Assembly (NCBI RefSeq): GCF_000737315.1
Contig: NZ_JMCB01000006.1
Span: forward strand, 144,001-268,000
DNA length: 124,000 nt
Origin: Hyalangium minutum
Lineage (GTDB): Bacteria > Myxococcota > Myxococcia > Myxococcales > Myxococcaceae
Reading direction: 5' to 3'
Under the pieces are notes generated by a model. That model was not told the DNA's origin. It saw only the letters and a list, made by a program, of their open reading frames with translations, and did no database searches. Made by a program: the position numbers and the translations under genes. Shown in pieces: positions 51,360-60,719 of the stretch (position 1 is the stretch's first letter; each line of letters opens with the position of its first letter).

Positions 51360-52478
51360 ATGGAAGTTGAGGTCCGCTTCGCCACCACGGAAGACGAGCG
51401 TGCCGCCGTCTACCGTCTGCGCTACGCGACCTATGTGGAGGAGATGCACGTCTACACCCGGCAGGCCGATCACGAGCGCCACTGGTTCCTGGACTCGGAG
51501 GACACCGCGGCCCACTTGATGTACGCAAAGGTGGAAGAGGACGTGGTGGGGACGCTCCGGGTGCAGCTGGAGGCAGAGGGAGCCCTGCCCGAGCCCACGG
51601 CCTCGCGCTTCGCGCTGGAGCGCTTCCGGCCGCTGGTGCGCCCGGAGCAGATCTGCGTGGTGGGCCGCTTCATGGTGCGCCAGGACATGCGCGGCACGGC
51701 GGTGCCCTACCGGCTCATTCAAGAGAGCATCCGCTTCCAGCTCGCCCAGGGCCAGGAGCTGGCCTTCTGCGACTGCCAGCCGCACTTGCTCAACCTTTAT
51801 ATGTCGCTGGGGTTCCGGCCCTACCTGGGCACGTATGACCACCCGGAGTTCGGGGTGATGGTGCCGCTGGTGCTGGTGCTGCGGGACCGAGAGCACCTGG
51901 AGTGGGTGGGCTCGCCGCTGACGCCGCTGCTGCCCACGGACGCGCCGCCCTCGGAGGTGCCGGAGCGGGTGGCGCCGCTGCTGGCGAAGGCGCGCGGGGT
52001 GATGAGCCAGGAGCTGAGCGATCCGGACTCGTACTGGCGGGAGGTGCACGGGCTGATGGGCACGGCGCGCCCGGCCGTGTTCGCCGGTCTGTCCGAGCAG
52101 GAGCTGCAGGCGGTGCTGGCCAGCAGCCACGTCATCCAGTGCGCTCCGGGGGACTACCTCATCCGCAAGGGGCAGGTGGCGCGCACCGTGTTCGTGGTGC
52201 TCGCCGGCTCGCTGGAGGTGCGCGACGGAGAGCGCGCGGTAGCCACCGCGTCCGAGGGCGAGGTGCTCGGGGAGGTGGCCTTCCTGCTGTCCAGCTCTCG
52301 CATCAGCGACGTGTGCGCCACGGGCAATGGCGCGCGAGTGCTGTGCCTGAGCGAGAAGTCGCTGCGCGCGCTGATCGACTCCAGCTCGCGCGCGGCGGCG
52401 CTGCTGCTGCTCAACCTGTCGCGAGCGCTGGCGCACAAGCTGGTCCAGCGCGCGGACAACCCCAAGTCGGGCGGTTAG
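51360..52478 (+). CDS. GNAT-fold acyltransferase (FeeM/LuxI-like) fused to C-terminal cNMP-binding domain
   Basis: VYRLRYATYVEE, VVGTLRV, GRFMV..RG in the N-domain; LIRKG..VFVVLAGSLEV..GEVLGEVAFL..RISDVCA Crp-type domain. Confidence 0.75.
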   Translation: MEVEVRFATTEDERAAVYRLRYATYVEEMHVYTRQADHERHWFLDSEDTAAHLMYAKVEEDVVGTLRVQLEAEGALPEPTASRFALERFRPLVRPEQICVVGRFMVRQDMRGTAVPYRLIQESIRFQLAQGQELAFCDCQPHLLNLYMSLGFRPYLGTYDHPEFGVMVPLVLVLRDREHLEWVGSPLTPLLPTDAPPSEVPERVAPLLAKARGVMSQELSDPDSYWREVHGLMGTARPAVFAGLSEQELQAVLASSHVIQCAPGDYLIRKGQVARTVFVVLAGSLEVRDGERAVATASEGEVLGEVAFLLSSSRISDVCATGNGARVLCLSEKSLRALIDSSSRAAALLLLNLSRALAHKLVQRADNPKSGG

Positions 52479-52502
52479 GGCCGCCCGCGCGCCGGAACCT
52501 CC

Positions 52503-52835
52503 TCAGCGGTGCGCGTGCTGAGTCTCCGTGTAGTGCTGGAGCTGGTGGCGGACCGCCTCGAAGGCGTCATTCACCGCCTGATACGGGTCCTCGTGCTCAC
52601 GGCGCTCGGCGTGCTCGCGCCCGGCGAAGAGCTCCTTGCCCGGCACGTGCAGATCGACGCGCACGTGGAAGCGGTTGCCCTGGCGCTGGTGCTTGTGCGG
52701 CTGCTCCACCACGACGTGGCAGCCGACGATGCGATCGCAGAACTGCTCCAGCTTCTCCGCCTCACCCCGGATGTACTCGGCCATGGCCTCGCTCGTGTCC
52801 ATCCCCCGGAAGGTGATCTGCAGCGGTCGGTTCAT
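52503..52835 (-). CDS. HPF/RaiA-family ribosome-associated protein
   Basis: ITFRGMDTSEAM..KLE..CHVVV..VRVDLHVPG..DPYQAVNDAF. Confidence 0.8.
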   Translation of the reverse strand: MNRPLQITFRGMDTSEAMAEYIRGEAEKLEQFCDRIVGCHVVVEQPHKHQRQGNRFHVRVDLHVPGKELFAGREHAERREHEDPYQAVNDAFEAVRHQLQHYTETQHAHR

Positions 52836-53115
52836 CTGTCGCCTCGGTAAAGGCCCCGTGGGCCGGTTCACCCTCTCTCCATTGCATTCCCAGGGCCAGC
52901 ACGCTCCCAGGCGATTCAAGGGGTTACGCGCCCCCCGGACGCAGGCTTTGCGGCAAATCGCCTCACGGCCGCAGCGGCTGCGGGGCGTTCTGACACTCCT
53001 GCACGGACAGAGGGGCGCGCCTCACCGCCCGTCCACCGGCCGAGCGGCCCGCGAGGGGTTGCGCCAGCGTGCCTACCTTGTCCATCGGAGCCCTCCTGGC
53101 TCCCGAGGAGGCGGA

Positions 53116-54030
53116 ATGATTCGGTTTGGCCCCGCGGGGTGGACATATAAGGACTGGGAGGGGGTGGTGTACCCCAAGCCCAAGCCGAAGGGGTTCGATC
53201 CGCTGGAGGCCATGGCGTCGCTGTTCGACACCATCGAGCTCAACACCTCCTTCTATGCGCCCATGACGCCGCACAACGCGCACCTGTGGCTGGAGCGCAC
53301 GGCGTTCAACCCGGACTTCCGCTTCACGGCGAAGCTGTGGCGGCGCTTCACCCACGAGCGCTCCGAGCCCTGGACGGCGGAGGAGGTGCGGTGGACGCGG
53401 GTGGGGCTGGGCATCCTGGAGAAGGCCGGCCGGCTGGGGGCCGTGCTGGTGCAGTTCCCCTGGTCCTTCCGCAACGTGCCGGAGAACCGGGACCATGTGG
53501 ACGCCATCGTCTCGGCGTTCGAGGGCTTCCCGCTGGTGCTGGAGGTGCGGCACGCCTCGTGGAACGAGCCCTCGTACTACGCGGAGCTGGTGGAGCGGGG
53601 GCTGGGCTTCGTGAACATTGATCAGCCGCTCTTCAAGGACTCCATTGCCCCGAGCGCGCGGGCCACGGCGTCCGTGGGCTACGTGCGCGTGCACGGCCGC
53701 AACTACAAGGAGTGGTTCCGGCAGAAGGGCTCGGCGTACGACCGGTATGACTACCTGTACTCCGCGCGAGAGCTGGAGCCCTGGGCGGCGCGGACGAAGG
53801 AGGTCGCCTCGCACCCGCGCACGGAGGACGTGTACGTCATCACCAACAACCACGCGCGGGGCAAGGGCGTGACGAACGCGCTGATGTTGAAGGCGATGGT
53901 GACGGGCGAGCAGGTGGAGGCCCCCGCGACGCTGCTGCGCGAGTACCCCGAGCACCTGGCCCCATACGCCCGCCCGGTGGACCTGGCGGCCCGGGAGTGG
54001 GGGGCCCCGGGACTCTTGGGGGAAAGGTGA
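53116..54030 (+). CDS. DUF72 family protein
   Basis: GPAGWTYKDW, IELNTSFY, VQFPWSF, EVRHASW, YVRVHGRN, YDYLY. Confidence 0.9.
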   Translation: MIRFGPAGWTYKDWEGVVYPKPKPKGFDPLEAMASLFDTIELNTSFYAPMTPHNAHLWLERTAFNPDFRFTAKLWRRFTHERSEPWTAEEVRWTRVGLGILEKAGRLGAVLVQFPWSFRNVPENRDHVDAIVSAFEGFPLVLEVRHASWNEPSYYAELVERGLGFVNIDQPLFKDSIAPSARATASVGYVRVHGRNYKEWFRQKGSAYDRYDYLYSARELEPWAARTKEVASHPRTEDVYVITNNHARGKGVTNALMLKAMVTGEQVEAPATLLREYPEHLAPYARPVDLAAREWGAPGLLGER

Positions 54031-54105
54031 CGTAGGGGGAATTGCATGTCTCCAGGCAAGCCGCTTCAATCCGCACCGGGATGCGTAAGGAGCCATGACC
54101 CGCCC

Positions 54106-54633
54106 GTGAACACAGCCCGTATCGAAGTCCTGGGGAACGCCATCCTCTCCGCGATGGAGGCGATGAAGATCGCTCCCGAGCGCGCTCAGCGCATCTTCGC
54201 GGAGCACGGCATCACCCAGCCGGAGAAAGACGCGTGGTACCCCGTGGACAGCGTGCTGCGGGCGTACCGGGACATCTTGAAACAGATCGGCCCGAACACC
54301 ATGAAGGCGGTGGGGCGCAACATCCCCAAGAACGCGGAGTTCCCCCGAGGCCTCACCACGGTGGAGCAAGCGCTGAAGTCCCTGAACACGGCCTACCGGA
54401 TGAACCACCGGGGTCCGGGCGGCATCGGCGGCTACCACTACGAGTCCACGAGCGCGAGGGCGGGGCAGGTCACCTGCGACAACCCGTATCCGTGCCCGGT
54501 GGACGAGGGGCTGGTGGAGGCCATCGCCGAGCGCTTCAAGCCCAAGGACGCCTTCTTCATCCGCCTGCATCATGATCCGGCGACGTGCCGGGGCCGTGGG
54601 GACGCCGCCTGCGTCTACCACGTGGCGTGGTAA
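54106..54633 (+). CDS. V4R/HNOB-like hypothetical protein (paralog 1); 5' end possibly frameshifted
   Basis: WYP..TMKAVG.NIP..YRMNHRG..GGYHY..CDNPYPC..DEG..CRGRGDAAC; RBS-linked ATG at 54095 is one base out of frame. Confidence 0.7.
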   Translation: MNTARIEVLGNAILSAMEAMKIAPERAQRIFAEHGITQPEKDAWYPVDSVLRAYRDILKQIGPNTMKAVGRNIPKNAEFPRGLTTVEQALKSLNTAYRMNHRGPGGIGGYHYESTSARAGQVTCDNPYPCPVDEGLVEAIAERFKPKDAFFIRLHHDPATCRGRGDAACVYHVAW

Positions 54634-54644
54634 GGGAACGGCGG

Positions 54645-55184
54645 ATGCCGCAACGCTTTCAGTTGGAGAAGTTCGAGGTGCAGGGCCAGGCCATCATGTC
54701 GGTGGTCGCGGCCATGGCCCTCATCCAACACCGAGCGCTGAAGATCCTCGCGGATCGCGGCATCACCCCGCTGGAGAAGGACCGCTGGTATCCGCTGGAT
54801 CGGCTCATGGAGGTCTTCAAGACCATCAGCACGGAGATTGGTCCCAACACGGTGAAGGCGGTGGGGCGGAAGATTCCGGAGAACGCGCAGTTCCCTCCGA
54901 ACCTCAAGACCATCGAGGAAGGCTTCCGCTCCATCGACGTGGCCTACCAGATGTGCCACCGAGGCCCAGGGAACGTGGGGGGCTACCACTACGCGCCGAC
55001 GGGCAGCCGCACGGCTCGGATGGTCTGCGACAACCCGTATCCGTGCGGCCTGGACGAGGGGCTGCTGGAGGCCATCGGAGAGCGCTTCCGGCCCATCGAC
55101 TCGCTCTGGGTGCGGGTGGAGCACCCACCCGGCCCCTGCCGGAAAAAGGGTGCGGCCTCCTGCACCTACAACCTGTCCTGGTAG
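54645..55184 (+). CDS. V4R/HNOB-like hypothetical protein (paralog 2)
   Basis: Tandem paralog with the same CDNPYPC and CRKKGAASC motifs. Confidence 0.75.
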   Translation: MPQRFQLEKFEVQGQAIMSVVAAMALIQHRALKILADRGITPLEKDRWYPLDRLMEVFKTISTEIGPNTVKAVGRKIPENAQFPPNLKTIEEGFRSIDVAYQMCHRGPGNVGGYHYAPTGSRTARMVCDNPYPCGLDEGLLEAIGERFRPIDSLWVRVEHPPGPCRKKGAASCTYNLSW

Positions 55185-56371
55185 CTGCGCGCTGCGCGAG
55201 CGGTCCCCCCTCCCAGCACCCCGAGCGCCACGAGCGCAAAGCCACCTCCCACGAGGCACACGCCCGTCCAGCCGAAGCGCACCCACGCCGAGGTGCCCAG
55301 CCAGGCGCCAGCGGCTCCTCCCACGAAGTAGGTCACCATGTAGACGGTGTTGAGCCGGCTGCGCGCCTCGGGGCGTAAGGAGTAGACGCGCGTCTGGTTC
55401 GAGATGTGGTTGGACTGGGCTCCCAGGTCCAGGAGGATGACGCCCAGCGCGATGCCCCACAGCCATTGCCCAAGCAGCGCCAGCACGACGAAGGAGGCCA
55501 GCAGCACGCCAATGGCCAGCGCGTTGATCTTCCGGTCCCCTCGGACGTCCGCGTAGCGCCCCACGAGCGGCGCCGCGGCCGCTCCCACGACTCCCACCGC
55601 GCCGAAGAGGCCCGCTGTCTGAGGACCGTAGTGCTCGGGCAGGCTCTGGAGGTAGAGGGCCAGCGTGGCCCAGAAGGCTCCGAACGAGCCGAAGGTGAGC
55701 GCTCCCAGCAGCGAGTGGAGCCGCAGCACGGGCTCCTCGCGCACCAGTCCTCCGATCGATCGCAGCAGTGCACCGTAGGGCATGGCCGCCACGGCCTCCT
55801 GAGACGGAAGGGCCAGCCGCAGGACTCCCGCCATCACCAGCATCAGTCCAGCGCCGATCCAGAACATCGCTCGCCAGCCCAGGTGCGTGCCGATGAAGCC
55901 CGCCGCCGTGCGCGACAGGAGGATGCCAATGAGCAGCCCGCTCATCACCGTGCCCACCACCCGCCCGCGCTCGGCCGGCGGGGCCAGATGCGCGGCGAAG
56001 GGCACCAGGAGCTGAGGGACGACGGTGGTGATGCCCACGGCGAAGCTCGCCGCCACCATCCACGCCAGGCTCGGCGCGAGCGCTGCGCCCATCAAGGCCA
56101 GGCTCACCAGCACCGTCATGGTGACGATGACGCGCCGCCGCTCGAGGCTGTCTCCCAAGGGGACGATGAGCAGCATGCCCGCCGCGTAGCCCACCTGTGT
56201 CATCGTCGGAACCCAGCCGAGCGCACTGCCCATCGCGCCCAGCTCCCGCCCGATGTCTCCCAGCAGGGGCTGGTTGTAATAGAGGTTGGCCGCCGCCATC
56301 CCCGAGGCTCCCGCCATCAGCCACACCAGGCCGGAGCTCAAATGCCCCGGCTGTCCTTCTGATTCGCCCAT
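55166..56371 (-). CDS. MFS transporter (YnfM-like)
   Basis: ANLYYNQPLL, PLGDSLERRR, GLLIGILLSR, RSRLNTVYM; about 12 TMs. Confidence 0.9.
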   Translation of the reverse strand: MGESEGQPGHLSSGLVWLMAGASGMAAANLYYNQPLLGDIGRELGAMGSALGWVPTMTQVGYAAGMLLIVPLGDSLERRRVIVTMTVLVSLALMGAALAPSLAWMVAASFAVGITTVVPQLLVPFAAHLAPPAERGRVVGTVMSGLLIGILLSRTAAGFIGTHLGWRAMFWIGAGLMLVMAGVLRLALPSQEAVAAMPYGALLRSIGGLVREEPVLRLHSLLGALTFGSFGAFWATLALYLQSLPEHYGPQTAGLFGAVGVVGAAAAPLVGRYADVRGDRKINALAIGVLLASFVVLALLGQWLWGIALGVILLDLGAQSNHISNQTRVYSLRPEARSRLNTVYMVTYFVGGAAGAWLGTSAWVRFGWTGVCLVGGGFALVALGVLGGGTARAARSYQDRL

Positions 56372-56508
56372 CTCGACCGAGCCCCCTGCTTCCTGTTCTC
56401 GCGGGACTGTCCCTCAACGCTATGACGAAAGCATGACGGAAAGATGGCGGACGCCCGGAGATCACCGCTGGCGGACTTCATACCCTGCACGTTGGGAGGA
56501 GCCCACCG

Positions 56509-57105
56509 ATGGTCCCATTCGGCACCGGACAGCAGAAGAGAGGCGCCATCCATCCCAGCCTCGAGGCGGGAGGAGCGTGGCTCGGTTGCATGGGGATCTT
56601 CACAGGCCTGCTGTGGTTGTCATCGCAGCTACCCGCACGGCCCTCGGCGGCGGAGGAGAAACCACCGGAGCGCCCTCTCGCTGTGGCTCCTGTGCCTCCT
56701 CCCCTGCCCGAAGAGAAGGCCGAGCCCTTTGGGACGGACCTCGTGCTGAACCCCGCGCGCATGGGCGATGAACTCAGTTGCTCCGGCCCCAACGAGGACG
56801 TGATCCCCTTTGGCGTGGGCATGACGCGGCCGGAGTTCCTCTCCGGACCTGCGCTCGTACACACGCCCGAGGCACGCGAGGCCCACGTTCAGGGCCTCAT
56901 CATCGCCAAGTGCACCGTGACCTGCCGGGGTGAAGTCCGCGGCTGCCGCATCATCAAGCCGCTACCTTATATGGAGCAGGCCGCGCTCGACGTGCTCCAG
57001 AGCCGCCGCTACAAGCCCACGCGCTACCTGGGCAGGCCCGTCACCGTCTCCTATTTCTTCGGGCTCCGCGTCGAGCCTCCGGTGGACCCGCCCCCCTCTC
57101 CATAG
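56509..57105 (+). CDS. TonB C-terminal domain protein
   Basis: TM plus Pro-rich linker; GMTRP..HTPEAREAHVQG..IIKPLPYM..YKP..GRPV; start uncertain. Confidence 0.75.
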   Translation: MVPFGTGQQKRGAIHPSLEAGGAWLGCMGIFTGLLWLSSQLPARPSAAEEKPPERPLAVAPVPPPLPEEKAEPFGTDLVLNPARMGDELSCSGPNEDVIPFGVGMTRPEFLSGPALVHTPEAREAHVQGLIIAKCTVTCRGEVRGCRIIKPLPYMEQAALDVLQSRRYKPTRYLGRPVTVSYFFGLRVEPPVDPPPSP

Positions 57106-57139
57106 ATAGCACTCGGATGCCGCACTCCCGCCAAGCGCC

Positions 57140-59533
57140 CTACTCGGCCCGCAGCGTGAGGCCCGGATCCACCTTGGCCGCCCGGCGCGCGGGCAACCAC
57201 GCCGCCACCAGGCCCACCGTGCCCAGCAGCGCCGCGCACCCCAGCAGCGTGGGGATGTCCGCCGGAGTCACTCCATAGAGGAGACTGCGCGCCACCTGCG
57301 CCAGCCCCACCGCCGCCGGGAGCCCCACCAGCAACGCAATCCCCAACATCCGCCCCACCGAGCCCACCACGAGCCGCACCAGGTTGCGCTCCGTCGCTCC
57401 CAATGCCCTGCGGATCGACAACTCGCGCGTGCGCTGGGTGATGCCGTAGGACACCACGCCCCAGATGCCCAGCGCCGCCAGCACCAGCGCCAGCCCCGAG
57501 AGCGCGGACAGCAGCGCCAGCAACAGCTCATGGCGCTGCCGGCTCCTCGCCACCAGCGAGCCAAGCTGCTCCAGCGCGGGCACCGGCAGCTCGGAGTCCA
57601 CGCCGTGCACCGCCTCGCGCACCTGCGCCAGCGTGGGCGCGGGCGTGCCTCGCATGAGCAAGTACAGCTGCGGCGGCCCCACCTGCGCCACGGGCCAATA
57701 GAACGCCGGAGCCGGAGCCGCCGTCAGCTCGCGGTGGCGCACGTCCCCCACCACGCCCACCACCGTCCACCACGTCTCACGGTCGATGGTGAAGCGGCTG
57801 CCCAGGGGCTCCCGTCCCGCGAGGAAGCTCCGCACGAAGGCCTCGTTGACCACCGCCACCGGAGCACTCCCCCAGGCGTCCGTCGAAGCCAGGAGCCTGC
57901 CCGTCTTCAGCGGCACGCCCAGGGCCTCAAAGGCGCCAGGGCTGACCACGCGGTGCTCGGCGCTGCGAGGCACTCCCGTGGCATCCGTCCCCTCCACCGT
58001 GACAGTCGACGAGGTGGTGGAGCCCCCCAGGTGCAGCTCCCGCTGCACCCCCACCGACTGAACCCCCGGGAGCGCCGCAACGGCCTCCTCCAACCGGTGG
58101 GCGGCGCGAATGCGCGAGGCCTCGTCCGGGTAGCGCTGGGCCGGCAGTTGCACCGCCGCGGACACCACGCCCTCGGCGTGGAAGCCCAGATCCACGGAGG
58201 AGAGGTGCGCGAGCGTCCGCACCAGCAGCCCCGCCCCCGTGAGCAGCACGAGCGCCAGGGTGAGCTGCACCACCACGAGCCCCGAGCGCAGCGGGTGGCG
58301 AGCCCCCGTGCTGCCGTGGCCGCCGCCCAGCAGCGGCAGGAGCGAGGCCCTCGAGGAGTCCAGCGCTCGCACCAACCCCAGGAGCACCGCCACGGCGCCA
58401 CAGAGTCCCGCTGTGAAGAGCAGCACGGGCAGGTGGAGCGTGGGCGGGGCCAGGTTCCGCAGCGCCGTGGGCAGCAGCGCCGAGAGCGCATCGGTCCCCC
58501 ACAGCGCCAGGAGCAGTCCCACCACGCCGCCCAGCAGCGACAGCAGGAGACTCTCGGCGAGCGCCTCGCTCACGCGGCGGCCCACGCTGGCCCCCAGCGC
58601 GGTGCGGATGGCGCCCTCCCGCCGGCGGTGCATCGCACGCGCCAGCATCAGGTTGGCCACGTTGGCGCAGGCAATGAGGAGCACGAAGGCCGCGGCGCCC
58701 CACAGCGCGAACACCACGCCCCGCGCCCGCCCCGTCACATCCTCCTGCCAGGCCAGAGCGTGCACCGTGTGCGCCGACTCCGTGGCGTCACTGGACTCGC
58801 GGGTGCCTCGCAGCATGGCACTGCGGCGGAGGGCCGCCTGGCGCGCGGACTCCATCGGCACGCCGGGCTTCAGCCGTCCCATCACCGACAGCATGTGGTT
58901 GCCTTGGGCCTCCGAGGAGGTGTCCAGGTGGAGGGGCAACCAGACCTCCACTTCGCGCGAGGAGTCCCCCAGCGCAAAGCCCGGCGGCAGCACCCCCGCG
59001 ACCCGCACGCTGGTGCCATCCAGCCAGAGCGTCTGATCCGCTGCCGCAGCCGCGGAGGTGAACACCCGCGTGGCCAGCCCGTTCGAGATGAGGGCGGAGG
59101 ACGCCGCCCCTGGGAGCGCATCCTCGGGCGTGAAGGCACGGCCTGCGGCAGGCGCCACGCCCACGACGGAGAGGAAGTTCGGGGTGATGCGGGCCGCCAG
59201 GAGGCGCTCGGGCAGCTCGCCACCCGTGCGGTTGACGAAGGTGTAGTGGAAGCTCATCACCCCACTGAAGGCCTGCGCCTCCTCGGCCCAAGCCGCAGCC
59301 TCGGGCTGGGAGACACTGCCGACTCCCCCCGAGGGCTGGTTGCAGTACAGCCGCACCAAGTCCCCGCTCTGGGGAAAGGGCAGCGGGCGCAGCACCAGCG
59401 CATGCACCATGCTGAAGATGACGGTGTTGGCCCCCAGCGCCAGCCCCAGCGTGAGCACCACGGCGAGGGTAAAGCTGGGGGTGCGGCGCAGACCGCGCCA
59501 GGCGAACCGGGCGTCTCTGAGGAAAACTTCCAT
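57140..59533 (-). CDS. Duplicated MacB/FtsX-type ABC permease (ADOP-like), no adjacent ATPase
   Basis: LTLGLALGANTVIFS..LRPLPF, CANVANLMLAR, IRTALGA, YGVTPAD..PARRAAKVDP. Confidence 0.9.
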   Translation of the reverse strand: MEVFLRDARFAWRGLRRTPSFTLAVVLTLGLALGANTVIFSMVHALVLRPLPFPQSGDLVRLYCNQPSGGVGSVSQPEAAAWAEEAQAFSGVMSFHYTFVNRTGGELPERLLAARITPNFLSVVGVAPAAGRAFTPEDALPGAASSALISNGLATRVFTSAAAAADQTLWLDGTSVRVAGVLPPGFALGDSSREVEVWLPLHLDTSSEAQGNHMLSVMGRLKPGVPMESARQAALRRSAMLRGTRESSDATESAHTVHALAWQEDVTGRARGVVFALWGAAAFVLLIACANVANLMLARAMHRRREGAIRTALGASVGRRVSEALAESLLLSLLGGVVGLLLALWGTDALSALLPTALRNLAPPTLHLPVLLFTAGLCGAVAVLLGLVRALDSSRASLLPLLGGGHGSTGARHPLRSGLVVVQLTLALVLLTGAGLLVRTLAHLSSVDLGFHAEGVVSAAVQLPAQRYPDEASRIRAAHRLEEAVAALPGVQSVGVQRELHLGGSTTSSTVTVEGTDATGVPRSAEHRVVSPGAFEALGVPLKTGRLLASTDAWGSAPVAVVNEAFVRSFLAGREPLGSRFTIDRETWWTVVGVVGDVRHRELTAAPAPAFYWPVAQVGPPQLYLLMRGTPAPTLAQVREAVHGVDSELPVPALEQLGSLVARSRQRHELLLALLSALSGLALVLAALGIWGVVSYGITQRTRELSIRRALGATERNLVRLVVGSVGRMLGIALLVGLPAAVGLAQVARSLLYGVTPADIPTLLGCAALLGTVGLVAAWLPARRAAKVDPGLTLRAE

Positions 59534-59563
59534 AGGGGCGACAGCCTCCGGAGCCCCCATCAA

Positions 59564-59580
59564 AGCAGGTTCCGCGCCAA
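59564..59580 (-). promoter_or_regulatory. Sigma-54 (-24/-12) promoter of the permease
   Basis: Minus strand TTGGCGCGGAACCTGCT gives GG-N10-GC, about 30 nt upstream of the ATG at 59533. Confidence 0.7.
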
Positions 59581-59625
59581 CCCCGCCGGGAGCCTCCCCC
59601 CTGCGAGCCGCCGAAGGGCCTCGCC

Positions 59626-60474
59626 TCAGACGAGCGGAGGCTGTCCGGTGCTGGGACGGCCCGTCCCGAATGCGGACACCGGGTGTGAATCCACCGGGGA
59701 CTCCCGGTACGAGCGGAGCTGACCGAAGAACCCGTTCGCCAGCGCATCCCTCCGGGCCAAGAGCCGCCGCTTCACCTCACGGAGCTCCTGCAGGGCCTCC
59801 CGGTGCTCCATCGAGAGCCAGGACAAGGACGAGGGCCGGGAGAACAGCTCATCCAGGCGCCGCTCGAACGTCTCGGCCTTCTCCACGAGCTGCCCCGACA
59901 CCATGTCCGCGTAGCTCGCGTATCCCCGCCGGATGACCAGATCCAGGGTGAGCACGCCCGCGCCCCAGCACAGGCGGGTGTACGCGGTCCAGAGCCCCAC
60001 CTGCTTCCGCATGACGTCACTCTGCGACAGGAGCGCCTCGGCGACCGCGATCAACTGCACGACGCTCCGGTACAGCTCCGTCCACAGGCCCGTGGCACGC
60101 TCCGCCTCCCGCGCGGCGAAGTGCATCTTCACCAGCTGGACGGCGGAGAGCAGCTGTCCCAGCAGCAGCATGTCCAGCGGGGCGGCCGTCACCGGCCTCT
60201 GCACGGACCGCTGGACGATCTCCTGAGACAGGGCCCGGAGCTGGCTCTCGGCGCTGAGCATGCGCGAGTCCAGGGCCTCGTGGAGCACGAGAGGAACCAG
60301 GGGCCGCAGGCACTCGGCCAGGGTGTCCTGATCCACGCGGGCCTCGCGGATCAACTGGATGATACGTCCTGTCTTGCCGTCTCGAATGACTCCGCCTTCC
60401 AGGTAGAGCTGGCCAGCCTCGATACCCTGCTGGACTTCCTGAGCGATCCCCCACTTCGCTTCCATGACGGGCAT
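59626..60474 (-). CDS. Hypothetical protein
   Basis: Helical ORF with host-like codon bias; no motif recognised. Confidence 0.6.
   Translation of the reverse strand: MPVMEAKWGIAQEVQQGIEAGQLYLEGGVIRDGKTGRIIQLIREARVDQDTLAECLRPLVPLVLHEALDSRMLSAESQLRALSQEIVQRSVQRPVTAAPLDMLLLGQLLSAVQLVKMHFAAREAERATGLWTELYRSVVQLIAVAEALLSQSDVMRKQVGLWTAYTRLCWGAGVLTLDLVIRRGYASYADMVSGQLVEKAETFERRLDELFSRPSSLSWLSMEHREALQELREVKRRLLARRDALANGFFGQLRSYRESPVDSHPVSAFGTGRPSTGQPPLV
59642..59678. promoter_or_regulatory. Tandem GTCC-N7-GGAC palindromes, probable enhancer-binding-protein sites
   Basis: tGTCCggtgctgGGACgg and cGTCCcgaatgcGGACa, 20 bp apart, 60-100 bp upstream of the sigma-54 motif. Confidence 0.6.
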
Positions 60475-60719
60475 GTCTCGCGCCTCCCACGGCTCGAATA
60501 CCCGACTCGGAGGCGAGGCACCGCTGGCCACGGCCGGGCCTCGGCGGGAAACGTCCAGAACCCGGTGACTGGAGCGGTAGCCACGCGCGCTCGCTTGCAC
60601 TGGTGAACGGTCGCCCGCTGCACGGCACCGCCCCCTCAAAGTCTCATGATTTGAGCAACAAACCCTCGGGCCGCAGGCCGGTGGGGTGATTGTCGCTCAG
60701 AGGAGGTACGCTTGCGTGC

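Noticed and set aside
51360-52478. Family 2B encapsulin (cNMP-domain shell) serving the terpene synthase
   Set aside because: The N-domain is acyltransferase-like, no HK97-type shell sequence is evident, and the gene is about 5 kb away on the other strand
51360-52478. Calling this a bona fide LuxI AHL synthase
   Set aside because: Several LuxI-conserved residues, including the ExSRF glutamate, are not evident; kept only as FeeM/LuxI-like
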